Shown here: positions 1 to 9,464 of the stretch, one piece after another
How the letters are laid out: every line of letters starts with the position of its first letter
Numbering within the stretch: position 1 is the stretch's first letter
Assembly: GCA_036268595.1 (NCBI GenBank)
Contig: DATATW010000063.1
Span: forward strand, 37,486-101,485
Source: Terriglobales bacterium
GTDB taxonomy: Bacteria; Acidobacteriota; Terriglobia; Terriglobales; Acidobacteriaceae
DNA length: 64,000 nucleotides
Direction: 5' to 3'
The notes under the pieces: model-generated
Told to the model about the DNA's origin: nothing
What the model saw: the letters and a program-made list of their open reading frames with translations, nothing else
Databases searched by the model: none
Translations under genes and position numbers: made by a program

Positions 1-47
1 CAAATCCGACTACATCTCTGATCGGCGGCGTCAAAGCGATCACTGCG

Positions 48-608
48 GTGGCTAGTAAATGGATCAACAGCATCAGCACGAGCGGCACTCCGACGCTGAC
101 TCAACCTGCGTTCTCGGACATCAGTGGTGTGGCTACGGCAGCGCAAGTGCCGTCGAAGACCCTGAACTTTCAGGATCAACAGTCTCCTATCACACCAGCT
201 TCAAACGTGGAGACCACTTTATTCACTTACACGATGCCTGCGAACACGATTGGGCTAGGCACAGGTGTGCGAATCACCAGCATATTCCAGCACTCCACTG
301 GTGCCACAGCTTCAACATTTAAGGTCTACTTTGGGGCCACATCCTTCGTTGTTGCGAGTGCAGCGACAGGTGTCCCGCAAATGCAGTGGAACTTGCTTGT
401 CATGAACGACCCTGTGACCGCCAATTCTCAGGTCTTGAGCAGACTCATCAGTTGGTCGGCGGGCGGCTCGGCGACTGTTCCCATCTACAGCGCAGCGACT
501 CCTGCAGAAAATACGGCAGCCTCGATCACGATTAAGTTCACCGTCACAGTGACCAGCACAACGGATGTCTACACACCGTTTCTCTTTCTAGTTGAGGCGG
601 TGAACTAA
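48..608 (+). CDS. Phage structural protein of unknown function (GTG start at 48; the frame is open back to the window edge, so it may begin upstream)
   Basis: The ORF sits in the same orientation immediately before the tail-tip genes, and its stop overlaps the next start (TAATG at 606-610). I recognised no motif. Confidence 0.5.
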   Translation: MASKWINSISTSGTPTLTQPAFSDISGVATAAQVPSKTLNFQDQQSPITPASNVETTLFTYTMPANTIGLGTGVRITSIFQHSTGATASTFKVYFGATSFVVASAATGVPQMQWNLLVMNDPVTANSQVLSRLISWSAGGSATVPIYSAATPAENTAASITIKFTVTVTSTTDVYTPFLFLVEAVN

Positions 609-1525
609 TGAAACGCCTGATGCCGATTTCGCTCGTATCGTTTTTGCAAACAAACCCAAACTGTCTCAAGGCAGATTTATTTGCCATCTCGCTTCCGACG
701 GGCACGACTATCTATGTGACAGAGGGACAGTTCGACATCACTGTTCCGAGCGGCACGAATGGATGGACTGGAAGTACCACGACCTTTTCTTCAAGTCAGT
801 ACGGACGCTGGTCCCGTGGTGCAATCACGAGCGAGGCAGGATTTGGTCTTCAGTCGAACACCATGTCGCTGAGTTGCGTTCCCCAGCAGGGAACCAGCTA
901 CCCAGGCATGAATGTCGGAATTCTGAACGCTGCGTTCAACGGATTATTTGAGCCTGCGCAGGTGACCGTTTACACGGCATACATGCCAAGCAACGGATAC
1001 GGGAACGTCAGCAATGGGATCGAGACGAAGTTCTACGGCACTCTGGAAAAGATTACCGAGATAAATAGGCTGAAGGTCACGTTCGAGTGCGCCGATCCTC
1101 TTTATGCGTTGAACCTCAAGGTGCCGACACGAGTATTTCAGTCGAATTGTCCTTGGAGCTACGGCGACAGCAACTGCAATCCTGTGGGCGGCATTCAGAC
1201 CCAAAGCTTCACCGCTGCTTCTGGAAGCAGCGTGTGGACGTTGATTCCATCTTCAGCTTTCTCTCAGGCATTCGGATATTTCAGTCAGGGCGTGGTCAAG
1301 TGTACGGCTGGCACTAATTCAGGACTGAGCCAGACCGTAAAGCTGCATGATGCTTCGGGCAATCTTGAGATGTCATTTCCCTGGCTGCTCACACCGAACG
1401 TGGGAGACACGTTCGTGGTCACGGCTGGCTGCGATAAAACGCTTCCGACCTGCATCAGCAAATTTGCCAATCAAGTTCACTTCGGTGGCGATCCATTCAT
1501 ACCACCACCGACTCAGGCGGTATAG
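608..1525 (+). CDS. Phage tail protein, DUF2163 with BR0599-type C-terminal domain (RcGTA g13-like)
   Basis: The C-terminal Cys-rich signature 'AGCDKTLPTCISKFANQVHFGGDPFIPP' matches my recollection of the phage BR0599 domain. It sits just upstream of the NlpC/P60 and host-specificity genes, as in GTA-type tail modules. Confidence 0.7.
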   Translation: MKRLMPISLVSFLQTNPNCLKADLFAISLPTGTTIYVTEGQFDITVPSGTNGWTGSTTTFSSSQYGRWSRGAITSEAGFGLQSNTMSLSCVPQQGTSYPGMNVGILNAAFNGLFEPAQVTVYTAYMPSNGYGNVSNGIETKFYGTLEKITEINRLKVTFECADPLYALNLKVPTRVFQSNCPWSYGDSNCNPVGGIQTQSFTAASGSSVWTLIPSSAFSQAFGYFSQGVVKCTAGTNSGLSQTVKLHDASGNLEMSFPWLLTPNVGDTFVVTAGCDKTLPTCISKFANQVHFGGDPFIPPPTQAV

Positions 1526-1527
1526 CG

Positions 1528-2004
1528 ATGCCTTTATCAGACGTACAGAGAAACAACATTGTGGAAGTGGCGAAGAGTTGGCTTGGGACGCCGTATCGGG
1601 GTTGGTCCGCGATCAAAGGCTCGAAGGGCGGCGTGGATTGCGGTCAGTTACTCAAAGCGGTTTATTTAGAAGCAGGGCATCGTCCAGGAGATGGTGTGCC
1701 TCTGCCCACAGATTATTCGCTGCAAGTCTGTCAGCACAGAGAAGACCCTGAATACATCAACACCGTTATGCGTTACATGCGAGAGATTTCTGAGACAGAA
1801 GCCAAGCCAGGAGACACGGTTGTATACAAGCTGGATCACGCATTCGCACATGCGGGAATCATCGTCGGTTGGCCTGACTACATCATTCACGCCATCGGGC
1901 GTCATGGCGTTATCGGTGGACACGGAACTAAGGAACCACGATTTCAGAAATGTCAGCGAAAGTTTTTCACGCCGTTCGATGAGCACTGTGGGGAAGAGAA
2001 GTAA
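1528..2004 (+). CDS. NlpC/P60-family cell-wall peptidase (RcGTA g14-like)
   Basis: It has the catalytic-Cys context 'GGVDCGQLLKAVY' and a downstream His region 'HAFAHAGIIVG'. Size is 158 aa, and its stop overlaps the next start (TAATG at 2002-2006). Confidence 0.7.
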   Translation: MPLSDVQRNNIVEVAKSWLGTPYRGWSAIKGSKGGVDCGQLLKAVYLEAGHRPGDGVPLPTDYSLQVCQHREDPEYINTVMRYMREISETEAKPGDTVVYKLDHAFAHAGIIVGWPDYIIHAIGRHGVIGGHGTKEPRFQKCQRKFFTPFDEHCGEEK

Positions 2005-5000
2005 TGGGATTCGGACAACAGCAGCAACCGACGAAACTTAATCAAGCGCAGATCAACCAGTCTGCCTACGGATACCCACTGCCTTGGGTAATGGGAACAG
2101 CTCGTATTCAGCAATCTCTTCTCTGGGAAGATGGGTTCGGAGCACAGACCGTCAACATTCAAGGCGGCAAGGGCGGCGGCAAGGGTGGCACAGAATATCT
2201 TTATTTTGTCGACTGCGTTGCGGCCCTTTGCAATGGGCCAATCCTTGGCATCGGAGATGTCTGGTCGGGGCAAAGCTGGCTCGGTCTGCCAAACGCCACT
2301 GAAAGCTACACAATCGCAGCACCAGGCATCTATACGCCGACCAATGCACCAGCGGTTGTCACGAGCAGCAACAATCAGCTAATTGATGTTGGCGTGGGTC
2401 GCAGCATCGGCTACAGCGGCACATTCCACGATCTTGGTGCTCCTGCTGCAACAGTTCTGAGCGGCTCGTATTTGGCGTCGTTCATAAAGGTGCCGTTCGG
2501 GACAACTCTCACTAGCGGAACCTACAGCATCAATCCAAATTCAATCGGAACATTCACGCTGACTTCTGTTGCGAATGCCTCAGGCGGCAACACCGCCTAC
2601 ACAGGCACGATCACAGGAGGTGGTTCGAATGCTTTCGCTGGATACACATTCACGATTGCTGGGTTCACCAACGCTGCGAACAACGGCTCGTTCGTCTGCG
2701 CCTCATCTACAGCCACGACATTAACTTTGCAGAACGCTAGCGGCGTTGCTCAGACCCATGCAGCCACAGCGACGGAGCCAGGGAACACATATCACTTCGA
2801 TGCCACGCACGATGCAGGCAAGACCCTGACGCTGACGTACAGCTTCTATCTGCCAAACATCACGGAAACTGAGACCGACATCGTTCCAGCAGGCAAGCAG
2901 ATCGTCGTCGGGGGATCACTCCAGTTCCTGACGGACTTGGGCGTGGTGTATACGGCAGGACCGAATAACGGCACGAGGCTCACCAAGGTGAACACCGCGC
3001 CGACAGTGACAGGAACTTATCAGTGCATCCCGAGTGGTCACGGCGGAACGTACAAGTTCGCCACTGGCGACATCAGCGCACAGGTGCGTATCACGTGGAT
3101 CACACAAGACCTCAGCATCGTGCCTCAAGGCGCACCTAGGTCTCTCAACTTTCAGTTGTTCGAGGGCGCACAGGGACAAGGCACATGGAGTGTTCTCACT
3201 TCAAAATATCCAGGCGCAGCGTTGGGCTATTCGTCCAAGGCATATGTCGCATATCACCCGATGGCGCTCGGAACATCTGGCCAGATTTCTAACAACACAT
3301 TCGAGGTCGTAACGCCTGACATCTACGGTGGAGGAATAAAAGACTGCAATCCAATTCAGTGCATTGGGCAGGTGCTCACTAATCAGCAGTGCGGCTTGGG
3401 AGTTGGTCTCGTTGCATTCCCAACGAGCGTGATTGATAACGGGCCGAACGGCACGTGGGGAGGCGCACCTTCCATCCCAGGCAGCAGTCAGCTCGGGAGC
3501 ACAGCATGGAACTGGTTCGCAGCTAATAACTTCTTCATCTCGCCTGTGCTCGATTCGCAGGACACCGCAGCCAGCACATTAGGCAAATGGCTGGAAGCTG
3601 GCATGTGCGCTGCGTTCTACAGCGAAGGTCTGCTCAAGCTCGTGTCTTACGGCGACACCACCACGGCTGGTAATGGCTGCACTTGGACTGCGCCAACCGC
3701 TTATGCCGTCGCATTGGACGACACATGCTATGTCGGCAAAGAAGGCGAAGATCCAGTCAAGATCACCCGCAGTGCTCCTCAGGACGCGATGAATGCGGTC
3801 CAGGTGCAGTGGAACAATCGCAGCAATCAGTATTCACCTGAGATCACGCAGGAATCCGATCAGGCTTCAATCAACAAGTGGGGAGAGAGAAGGGAAGACC
3901 CGCAGAACTGGGATTTCATTCACACGCTGACGGCCGCAACGTTTGCTGCCAATATGCGTGTGAAGCACAACGTCTACATCCGCAACACTTACGAATTCAC
4001 GCTGCCATTCACCTACTCATATCTGGAGCCGATGGACATTATCTCCCTCAGCACCACGAGCACATGGGCCGTCGGTCTCAACAACGCAAATCTCGGACTG
4101 GTGAATCAGCCAGCTCGCATCACCAAGATCGTTGACGATCCGCTGACTGGCTTGGCGATCACTTGCGAGGATTATCCGTGGGGTGCCCACCTTCCGACGA
4201 TCTACAACAAGGCAATTAGCACAGCGAATGTGGTGTCGAACGCTTATGCCAATCCTGGCAACGTTGAAGTTGTAATGTTCGAGGCAACATCTCGTCTTAC
4301 GGGATATGCAGGCAACACTATCTGCATCGGTGTTTGCGGCACTAGCAGCAATTACGGAAGCACGAACATCTGGGTATCAAGAGACAACACCAATTTCGAG
4401 CAGGTAGGAACCATTCAAGCTCCAGCAAGATTAGGAGTATTGCACAGCACGTTTGCATCAGGCAGCGATCCTGACACAGTGAACTCGCTGGTGATCGACC
4501 TCGCAGAGAACTGCGGCGCATTAGAAGCAGGAAGCACCGCAGATGCCGATAATCACGTCACGCTGTGCTTCGTGGACGGAGAATATATCGCTACCAGCGC
4601 AATGGCGCTCAGCGGTCAACAGCAGTACACAGCGAATGGATACATACATCGTGGACTACTCGGCACAACGATCAGCAGCCATGCGGCGGGAAGTGTGTTC
4701 ATGCGCCTCGATCAAAGCATATTTAAGTATCAATATGACCCGACGTGGGCTGGGCAGACTTTATATTTCAAGTTTCAACCCGTAAACGCATTTGGAAATT
4801 CTGCAACGCCATTGGCGAATTTGGGTTCTCAGGCATTCACAGTGCCTGGTGCCAATCCTGGAACTGTTGAGGCGGCAAGCGGTCTAGTCATCGCCCATAA
4901 ACCTAGCGGTGCTGACACGCTGGGCTGGGCTCCAATTACCACTACCACAGATGCGGGCGTTAACTACGGAATCAGTGTAACTGGATCAGCAGCTCTCCCT

Positions 5001-7970
5001 GCTAGTGTGAACACTACGTACACGTATGCACGCTGGGTTGGGTACCTCATTCCGAGCGTAACAGGCGTCCACACGATTGGCGTGAACTCCGACGACGGAA
5101 CTAACCTCTTCATCGGAACACAACAACTCATAAATAACCTGCCTGCTGGACAAGGTGCGAACGGTTCTCTCGCATACACGCAGAATGGCACTATCAGTCT
5201 CACCAAGGGCGTCTACTACCCCATTCTGCTTGAATGGCAGAACGGTGTAGGCAACTACGAAATTCAGCTCGCTTGGACGCAACCGAGCGGCTCTATTCAG
5301 CTCATCCCCGCTGGTAATTTGTCCACAAGCAATACGAGTATTACCAGCAATCTTGCAGGTTCATGGTGGAACGGCACTTCAGGGTTATGGTTCCCGAGCG
5401 GACCGGGAACAATCGACTTTGCCAGCAATGTTCACCCCAACAAAATTCTCGACAACATCGGAGACGGCCCAAGCTTCGTGCGGCTGTTGGCTTCACGTGC
5501 AGTCGGCAACGTCGCCTATAACTTCCGTGGCATCTGGGTATCGGGTACCACCTATCTTCAGGGTGACGAAGTCATCTTCGGTCAAAGTTATTGGGTTGCT
5601 CTCGCCGGAAGTCTGAACTCATCTCCGAACACAGGCAATTCAAACTGGCAGGTAGTCGGCTCATATAGCGGCTTTCAAGGCGCATGGTCTAGCTCGACCG
5701 CATACATCGCTGGAGCGGAAGTCACCTTCGGCGGAAATTATTGGGTCTGTGTTACAGGCAACACGAACTCGACTCCTAGCACATCGAATGCAAACTGGCA
5801 GGTCGCAGGGCCGAGCAGCTTGGACAACATAGCGGATGGCGGCGTCTATTTGCGCACCAGCTACATCGCTGGAGATGCGCTGCTGGACAATGGCAACTTT
5901 GAATCCAGTAGTTCAATCCTTCCACCACCTGGCTACACGCCTTATGCCAATACCGCAACGCTGGCTTACGACACGACCACTCAATTCAGTGGCGCACAGA
6001 GTATCAAGATCACGAGTCCAAGCGCAGGTGGTGCTGGCATATTACCGATAAAGAAGGTCATGTGTCGTCCTGGCGACGTATTCTTTGCTAGCGCGCGCGC
6101 GAAATGGATCAGCGGGTCGGGTGCCGCTGATCTGTCTATAAGTTTCCGAAACGCCAGTGGAACGGGCATCGGTGGTTCTGACGTAACCACTTCATCTAGC
6201 TCTTGGACACTCCTTACCAACACTCAGACTGCACCAGCAGGAACGGTGTATGCCACGTTCGAGATTTATGCAAATGCTGCGAACACCACCGTTGAGTTCG
6301 ACGAACATTACATTCGTTGCGTCCGCAACCTCGATACCGAAATTTCTGATGGCACGACTTACGGCAAGGTGAATCAGACCGCATTGACGGGAAACAATGT
6401 TGATCCTTCAAAAAGTGGCGTCCTCGCGAAGGGCAGCATTCCGTCTAGTCAGAACGCCATCACGCTGAACGGAATGACGTGGACTACCAGCACAACAGGT
6501 GTGACATTCTCTTGGACTCAGACGCCGATATTCCGAGTGGACGGAAGTATCAGCGGATTCATTGCAGGCGGTTCGCAAGCAATCTCGGGATTGCTGGCAG
6601 CTAATTCTTATACCGCCTACCCATACTGGGATGAACCATCGCAAACAATGAGATGGCTGTCCACGGATGTTGTGTTCCCGACCATAACGAGTGTGGGATT
6701 GAATGGAAGCAGCCAGTACCTCACAACCACTACGTCTGCGAACTCGCTGCCCTCCGTGTTTTCTCTTGAAGCATGGATTAAGACAACGGCAGTCAGCGGC
6801 CAGCAAGTTATCATGTCCTTGGCTGCACCGCAGACGGGTACGGGTGCTCCAACCCACGAAGACATGATATGGACGATTGGCCCTGCTGGAAACATAAACT
6901 TCCAGTACGTCAACAGTGGCGGAACGGTTCAGAGTTCCACGACAACCAGCGCGACTGTCAATGACGGTGCGTGGCATCACATCGTGCTCTCGTTCGCGAG
7001 TGGCGGAAACATCACTATTTATGTGGACGGTGCCAGCGCAGGAACTGCCAGTTCGCAGGGTGCTCCGAGGAATGCAGGCTTCGCTCTATGGTATCGAATG
7101 GGATTTGGCCCAGCGAATGCAAGTTTCTTGACCACCAGCAATAGCTTCTTCAACGGCAGTCTCGGTCAGATTGCCCTGTACACCACTGCTCTGTCATTGG
7201 CACAGGTGCAGAATCACTTCATAACTGGTGTGAACGTCGGCTTTAACAACAGTGCGGCGAGTGCTTATCCTGCTGCTGTAGTGGCAGACGGAGCAACTTA
7301 TTACTGGAAGTTGAATGATACTTCGGGAACCACTGCGGTTGAAACCATCAGCGGCACTAATGGGGGAACCTACACAGGAACACCGATATTGAACCAACAG
7401 AATCCGATTGTAGTGCCCAGCGGCTCACCCTCATATATGTTTCCATTCAAGAATTTCCTCTGCACGCAAGCGCAGAATCTCCAGAGCCGCATCGCGCTAT
7501 CAAGCGGTGCGCTGAACCCCACTACCGCGACGAGTGGAACAGGGAATGGAAGTGGTGGTGGTACGGGAGGCGGTGGTCGAGGAGGATGCTGGAGCGGCAA
7601 CACGCTCATCCGCACTCAGTCGAATCCTGTCCGTATCGACCGATGGGTTGACGGAACCAAGGCGCTCACAGCAGCAGGAACATGGGAGCGGTTCGCGCTG
7701 AAAGTCCATGAAGCGAAACGCTGGCAGATGATTGACCCGCTCGACAACGGCGAGTTGGTGACGATTATGCATTTTGTACTTGCGGACGAGGGCTGGAAGC
7801 GAGCGCACATTGCCTATCCAGGCAAGGAAGTGACCGTGCTCGAAGATCGCGTCTATGACCTCGTGAGTATGGACCTGCATGAAACCGAAGCACAGGCATT
7901 GTCATTGACGACAGCACACAGCTACACACTGGAATCAGGCATCGTGGCGCACAACGTATTGCCGAAATAA
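2004..7970 (+). CDS. Giant phage host-specificity / tail fibre protein (1988 aa), multi-domain
   Basis: The N-terminal region resembles lambda-J / Phage-tail_3 proteins ('NPIQCIGQVLTNQQCGLGVG'). There is a PA14-like segment at about 4956-5320 ('YARWVGYLIPSVTGVHTIGVNSDDGTNLFIG...YYPILLEWQNG'). Two ~45-aa sugar-binding-type repeats ending in 'NWQV(V/A)G' lie at about 5528-5812. A LamG/concanavalin-like segment lies at about 6757-7220 ('DGAWHHIVLSF...IYVDG...FNGSLGQIALY'). A Gly-rich linker and a Hint domain follow. Confidence 0.88.
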   Translation: MGFGQQQQPTKLNQAQINQSAYGYPLPWVMGTARIQQSLLWEDGFGAQTVNIQGGKGGGKGGTEYLYFVDCVAALCNGPILGIGDVWSGQSWLGLPNATESYTIAAPGIYTPTNAPAVVTSSNNQLIDVGVGRSIGYSGTFHDLGAPAATVLSGSYLASFIKVPFGTTLTSGTYSINPNSIGTFTLTSVANASGGNTAYTGTITGGGSNAFAGYTFTIAGFTNAANNGSFVCASSTATTLTLQNASGVAQTHAATATEPGNTYHFDATHDAGKTLTLTYSFYLPNITETETDIVPAGKQIVVGGSLQFLTDLGVVYTAGPNNGTRLTKVNTAPTVTGTYQCIPSGHGGTYKFATGDISAQVRITWITQDLSIVPQGAPRSLNFQLFEGAQGQGTWSVLTSKYPGAALGYSSKAYVAYHPMALGTSGQISNNTFEVVTPDIYGGGIKDCNPIQCIGQVLTNQQCGLGVGLVAFPTSVIDNGPNGTWGGAPSIPGSSQLGSTAWNWFAANNFFISPVLDSQDTAASTLGKWLEAGMCAAFYSEGLLKLVSYGDTTTAGNGCTWTAPTAYAVALDDTCYVGKEGEDPVKITRSAPQDAMNAVQVQWNNRSNQYSPEITQESDQASINKWGERREDPQNWDFIHTLTAATFAANMRVKHNVYIRNTYEFTLPFTYSYLEPMDIISLSTTSTWAVGLNNANLGLVNQPARITKIVDDPLTGLAITCEDYPWGAHLPTIYNKAISTANVVSNAYANPGNVEVVMFEATSRLTGYAGNTICIGVCGTSSNYGSTNIWVSRDNTNFEQVGTIQAPARLGVLHSTFASGSDPDTVNSLVIDLAENCGALEAGSTADADNHVTLCFVDGEYIATSAMALSGQQQYTANGYIHRGLLGTTISSHAAGSVFMRLDQSIFKYQYDPTWAGQTLYFKFQPVNAFGNSATPLANLGSQAFTVPGANPGTVEAASGLVIAHKPSGADTLGWAPITTTTDAGVNYGISVTGSAALPASVNTTYTYARWVGYLIPSVTGVHTIGVNSDDGTNLFIGTQQLINNLPAGQGANGSLAYTQNGTISLTKGVYYPILLEWQNGVGNYEIQLAWTQPSGSIQLIPAGNLSTSNTSITSNLAGSWWNGTSGLWFPSGPGTIDFASNVHPNKILDNIGDGPSFVRLLASRAVGNVAYNFRGIWVSGTTYLQGDEVIFGQSYWVALAGSLNSSPNTGNSNWQVVGSYSGFQGAWSSSTAYIAGAEVTFGGNYWVCVTGNTNSTPSTSNANWQVAGPSSLDNIADGGVYLRTSYIAGDALLDNGNFESSSSILPPPGYTPYANTATLAYDTTTQFSGAQSIKITSPSAGGAGILPIKKVMCRPGDVFFASARAKWISGSGAADLSISFRNASGTGIGGSDVTTSSSSWTLLTNTQTAPAGTVYATFEIYANAANTTVEFDEHYIRCVRNLDTEISDGTTYGKVNQTALTGNNVDPSKSGVLAKGSIPSSQNAITLNGMTWTTSTTGVTFSWTQTPIFRVDGSISGFIAGGSQAISGLLAANSYTAYPYWDEPSQTMRWLSTDVVFPTITSVGLNGSSQYLTTTTSANSLPSVFSLEAWIKTTAVSGQQVIMSLAAPQTGTGAPTHEDMIWTIGPAGNINFQYVNSGGTVQSSTTTSATVNDGAWHHIVLSFASGGNITIYVDGASAGTASSQGAPRNAGFALWYRMGFGPANASFLTTSNSFFNGSLGQIALYTTALSLAQVQNHFITGVNVGFNNSAASAYPAAVVADGATYYWKLNDTSGTTAVETISGTNGGTYTGTPILNQQNPIVVPSGSPSYMFPFKNFLCTQAQNLQSRIALSSGALNPTTATSGTGNGSGGGTGGGGRGGCWSGNTLIRTQSNPVRIDRWVDGTKALTAAGTWERFALKVHEAKRWQMIDPLDNGELVTIMHFVLADEGWKRAHIAYPGKEVTVLEDRVYDLVSMDLHETEAQALSLTTAHSYTLESGIVAHNVLPK
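7587..7967 (+). other. Hint (intein / bacterial intein-like) domain forming the last 127 aa of the tail protein
   Basis: Four intein blocks are readable. Block A is 'CWSGNTLIRT', directly after 'GGGGRGG'. Block B (TxxH) is 'VTIMH'. Block F is 'VYDLVSM'. Block G is 'GIVAHN', followed by only 'VLPK' and the stop. Confidence 0.8.
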
Positions 7971-7978
7971 AGGAATTT

Positions 7979-8275
7979 ATGCCTTACTATCTTTGCCAAA
8001 CTAATACACAGACTGTCGGATGTCACACGATGTTCCGCAATTCAGGCTGGCTCGATGGCGCGAATGGATTGTCATTGCTGTCGGTAGTGTTTTACACCGA
8101 CGATGACCAAGCCAATTTTGAATCACTCGCTGGCGTTGACCCGCTCCCCACCACGGGTACGATTAGCGGGGATCAGGCTGCTGCGATTACAGCGATAGGT
8201 CTGCCCGTCACCAGCAGCAAAACGCTGGCTGACGTTCGTGCTCTGGCACGTACGCAATATCTCGGGATGCTGTAA
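7979..8275 (+). CDS. Small phage protein of unknown function
   Basis: This 98-aa ORF starts 9 nt after the tail protein stop and is followed by a strong terminator. I recognised no motif. Confidence 0.45.
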   Translation: MPYYLCQTNTQTVGCHTMFRNSGWLDGANGLSLLSVVFYTDDDQANFESLAGVDPLPTTGTISGDQAAAITAIGLPVTSSKTLADVRALARTQYLGML

Positions 8276-8320
8276 TGCCAATCAAGAAGCTTTGGTCACT
8301 GACTCGCTGTGTAAGGAAAA

Positions 8321-8365
8321 AGCCCATCAGAGACGTGAATCTCTGATGGGCTTTTAGTTATTTTT
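8321..8365 (+). terminator. Rho-independent terminator of the tail operon
   Basis: A perfect 12-bp stem, 'agcccatcagag' (8321-8332) and 'ctctgatgggct' (8341-8352), has an 8-nt loop and is followed by 'tttagttattttt'. Confidence 0.75.
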
Positions 8366-8438
8366 CGGGTGACGTAAACTTGCTTCAATCCATTTGAATC
8401 TCCTATTGAAGTGGGATTTCGGTTTGAATGGTGAGGCT

Positions 8439-8465
8439 GGAAGGGCTGCTCAATACAGCCCTTCC
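8439..8465 (-). terminator. Hairpin downstream of the minus-strand 271-aa gene (no U-tract)
   Basis: A 10-bp stem 'ggaagggctg'/'cagcccttcc' with a 7-nt loop lies 14 nt beyond the stop at 8479. The lack of a T-run makes terminator function uncertain. Confidence 0.35.
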
Positions 8466-8478
8466 TAGCCGTTCGTTA

Positions 8479-9294
8479 TTAGCCTTGGGGTTGTGCCGCA
8501 GGATGCGCCGCAGGGCGAATGCTGGCAGCGGGTTTCTTTCCGACCATCGGGCGAACCACGTCGAAAGGGTCACGTCCTGTGCTGATTGCTGACAGAACTT
8601 TGACCAGCAGATCGCCGCTTTGTTTCCAATCAAGGTTGAGTTCTTTTAGCTCCTCAACTATCGACTGCGTTTCTGAGGCGACAGTTTTTAGCAGCGGAGC
8701 CTGATCGTCACTGTGCTTGCTGAACCAGGCGATGCGGCTTACCTTCTCACGAACGTTCTTGAAAGCGGACTCAATTTGATCTTCAAGAGATTCGCGCTGC
8801 GTCTTGATCTGCTCGCTCTTGGTGGTGATCTTCGCTTGAGTTTCTTTCATTTCGGCAGTCAGGTCCTTTCTTTTGTCCTTGCTACGTTCTGCTTTCAACT
8901 TGGCTTCAGTGATGGTCAGCTTCGCTGCCAGCTTGTCCCGATCTTTGAGAAGCTGCTTTATCAAGGGCGTTGTTCTTCCCTTGGTGCTCGTGCCGTACCG
9001 TTTCAAGGTCCAATAAGCGGTCGCTCGTGGAATGCCCACAGACTTCAGCCACTTGCTGAATAGACTCGTGGGCGAATTGCCAGCCACCATCGCTTTCCGA
9101 ACCCGCTCAAGTTTGCTGGCGAATGCGCGGCCATCTTTCTTGAGACTGGCCCACGATTTCGCAGCATCCTCGGTCGCCGCCTTGATTTTGTAGTTGTCAA
9201 GGAAGCCTTGTTCTTTTTCTGTAAACTTCACCTTCGCCTGGCGAAGTGATTTGTGGTTCTCCAGCTTCTTTATTTTGTAATGAACTTTCGACAT
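8479..9294 (-). CDS. Lys-rich coiled-coil phage protein with a possible HTH ('VGIPRATAYWTLKRYG'), unknown function
   Basis: The 271-aa ORF has a coherent composition, with a long K/E-rich helical stretch. A perfect palindrome lies just upstream of its start. Confidence 0.6.
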   Translation of the reverse strand: MSKVHYKIKKLENHKSLRQAKVKFTEKEQGFLDNYKIKAATEDAAKSWASLKKDGRAFASKLERVRKAMVAGNSPTSLFSKWLKSVGIPRATAYWTLKRYGTSTKGRTTPLIKQLLKDRDKLAAKLTITEAKLKAERSKDKRKDLTAEMKETQAKITTKSEQIKTQRESLEDQIESAFKNVREKVSRIAWFSKHSDDQAPLLKTVASETQSIVEELKELNLDWKQSGDLLVKVLSAISTGRDPFDVVRPMVGKKPAASIRPAAHPAAQPQG

Positions 9295-9306
9295 ATGTGG
9301 TGCTCC

Positions 9307-9332
9307 CTACTTGTCCAAGATTGGACAAGTAG
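9307..9332. promoter_or_regulatory. Perfect 26-bp palindrome (12-bp arms, 2-bp centre), a candidate operator
   Basis: The sequence is 'ctacttgtccaa ga ttggacaagtag'. It starts 13 nt upstream of the ATG at 9294, in the divergent region between the genes at 8479-9294 (-) and 9465-9683 (+). Confidence 0.55.
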
Positions 9333-9464
9333 CTCTGCGCCGTGAGGTGGTCGCGTACCTTATGAATCTAACTACTGTTAAATCATATGCTTACCATAGG
9401 GGGTAAGCAATGGATGTAGATGGTTATCTTCTTCTAACCCCACCCCGTAAGCATTGGCGTTACA

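Noticed and set aside
2004-7970. Diversity-generating retroelement targeting the tail fibre.
   Set aside because: There is no reverse transcriptase gene in the region. No nucleotide-level template/variable repeat pair was seen, and the two internal repeats (5528-5812) are similar only at the protein level.
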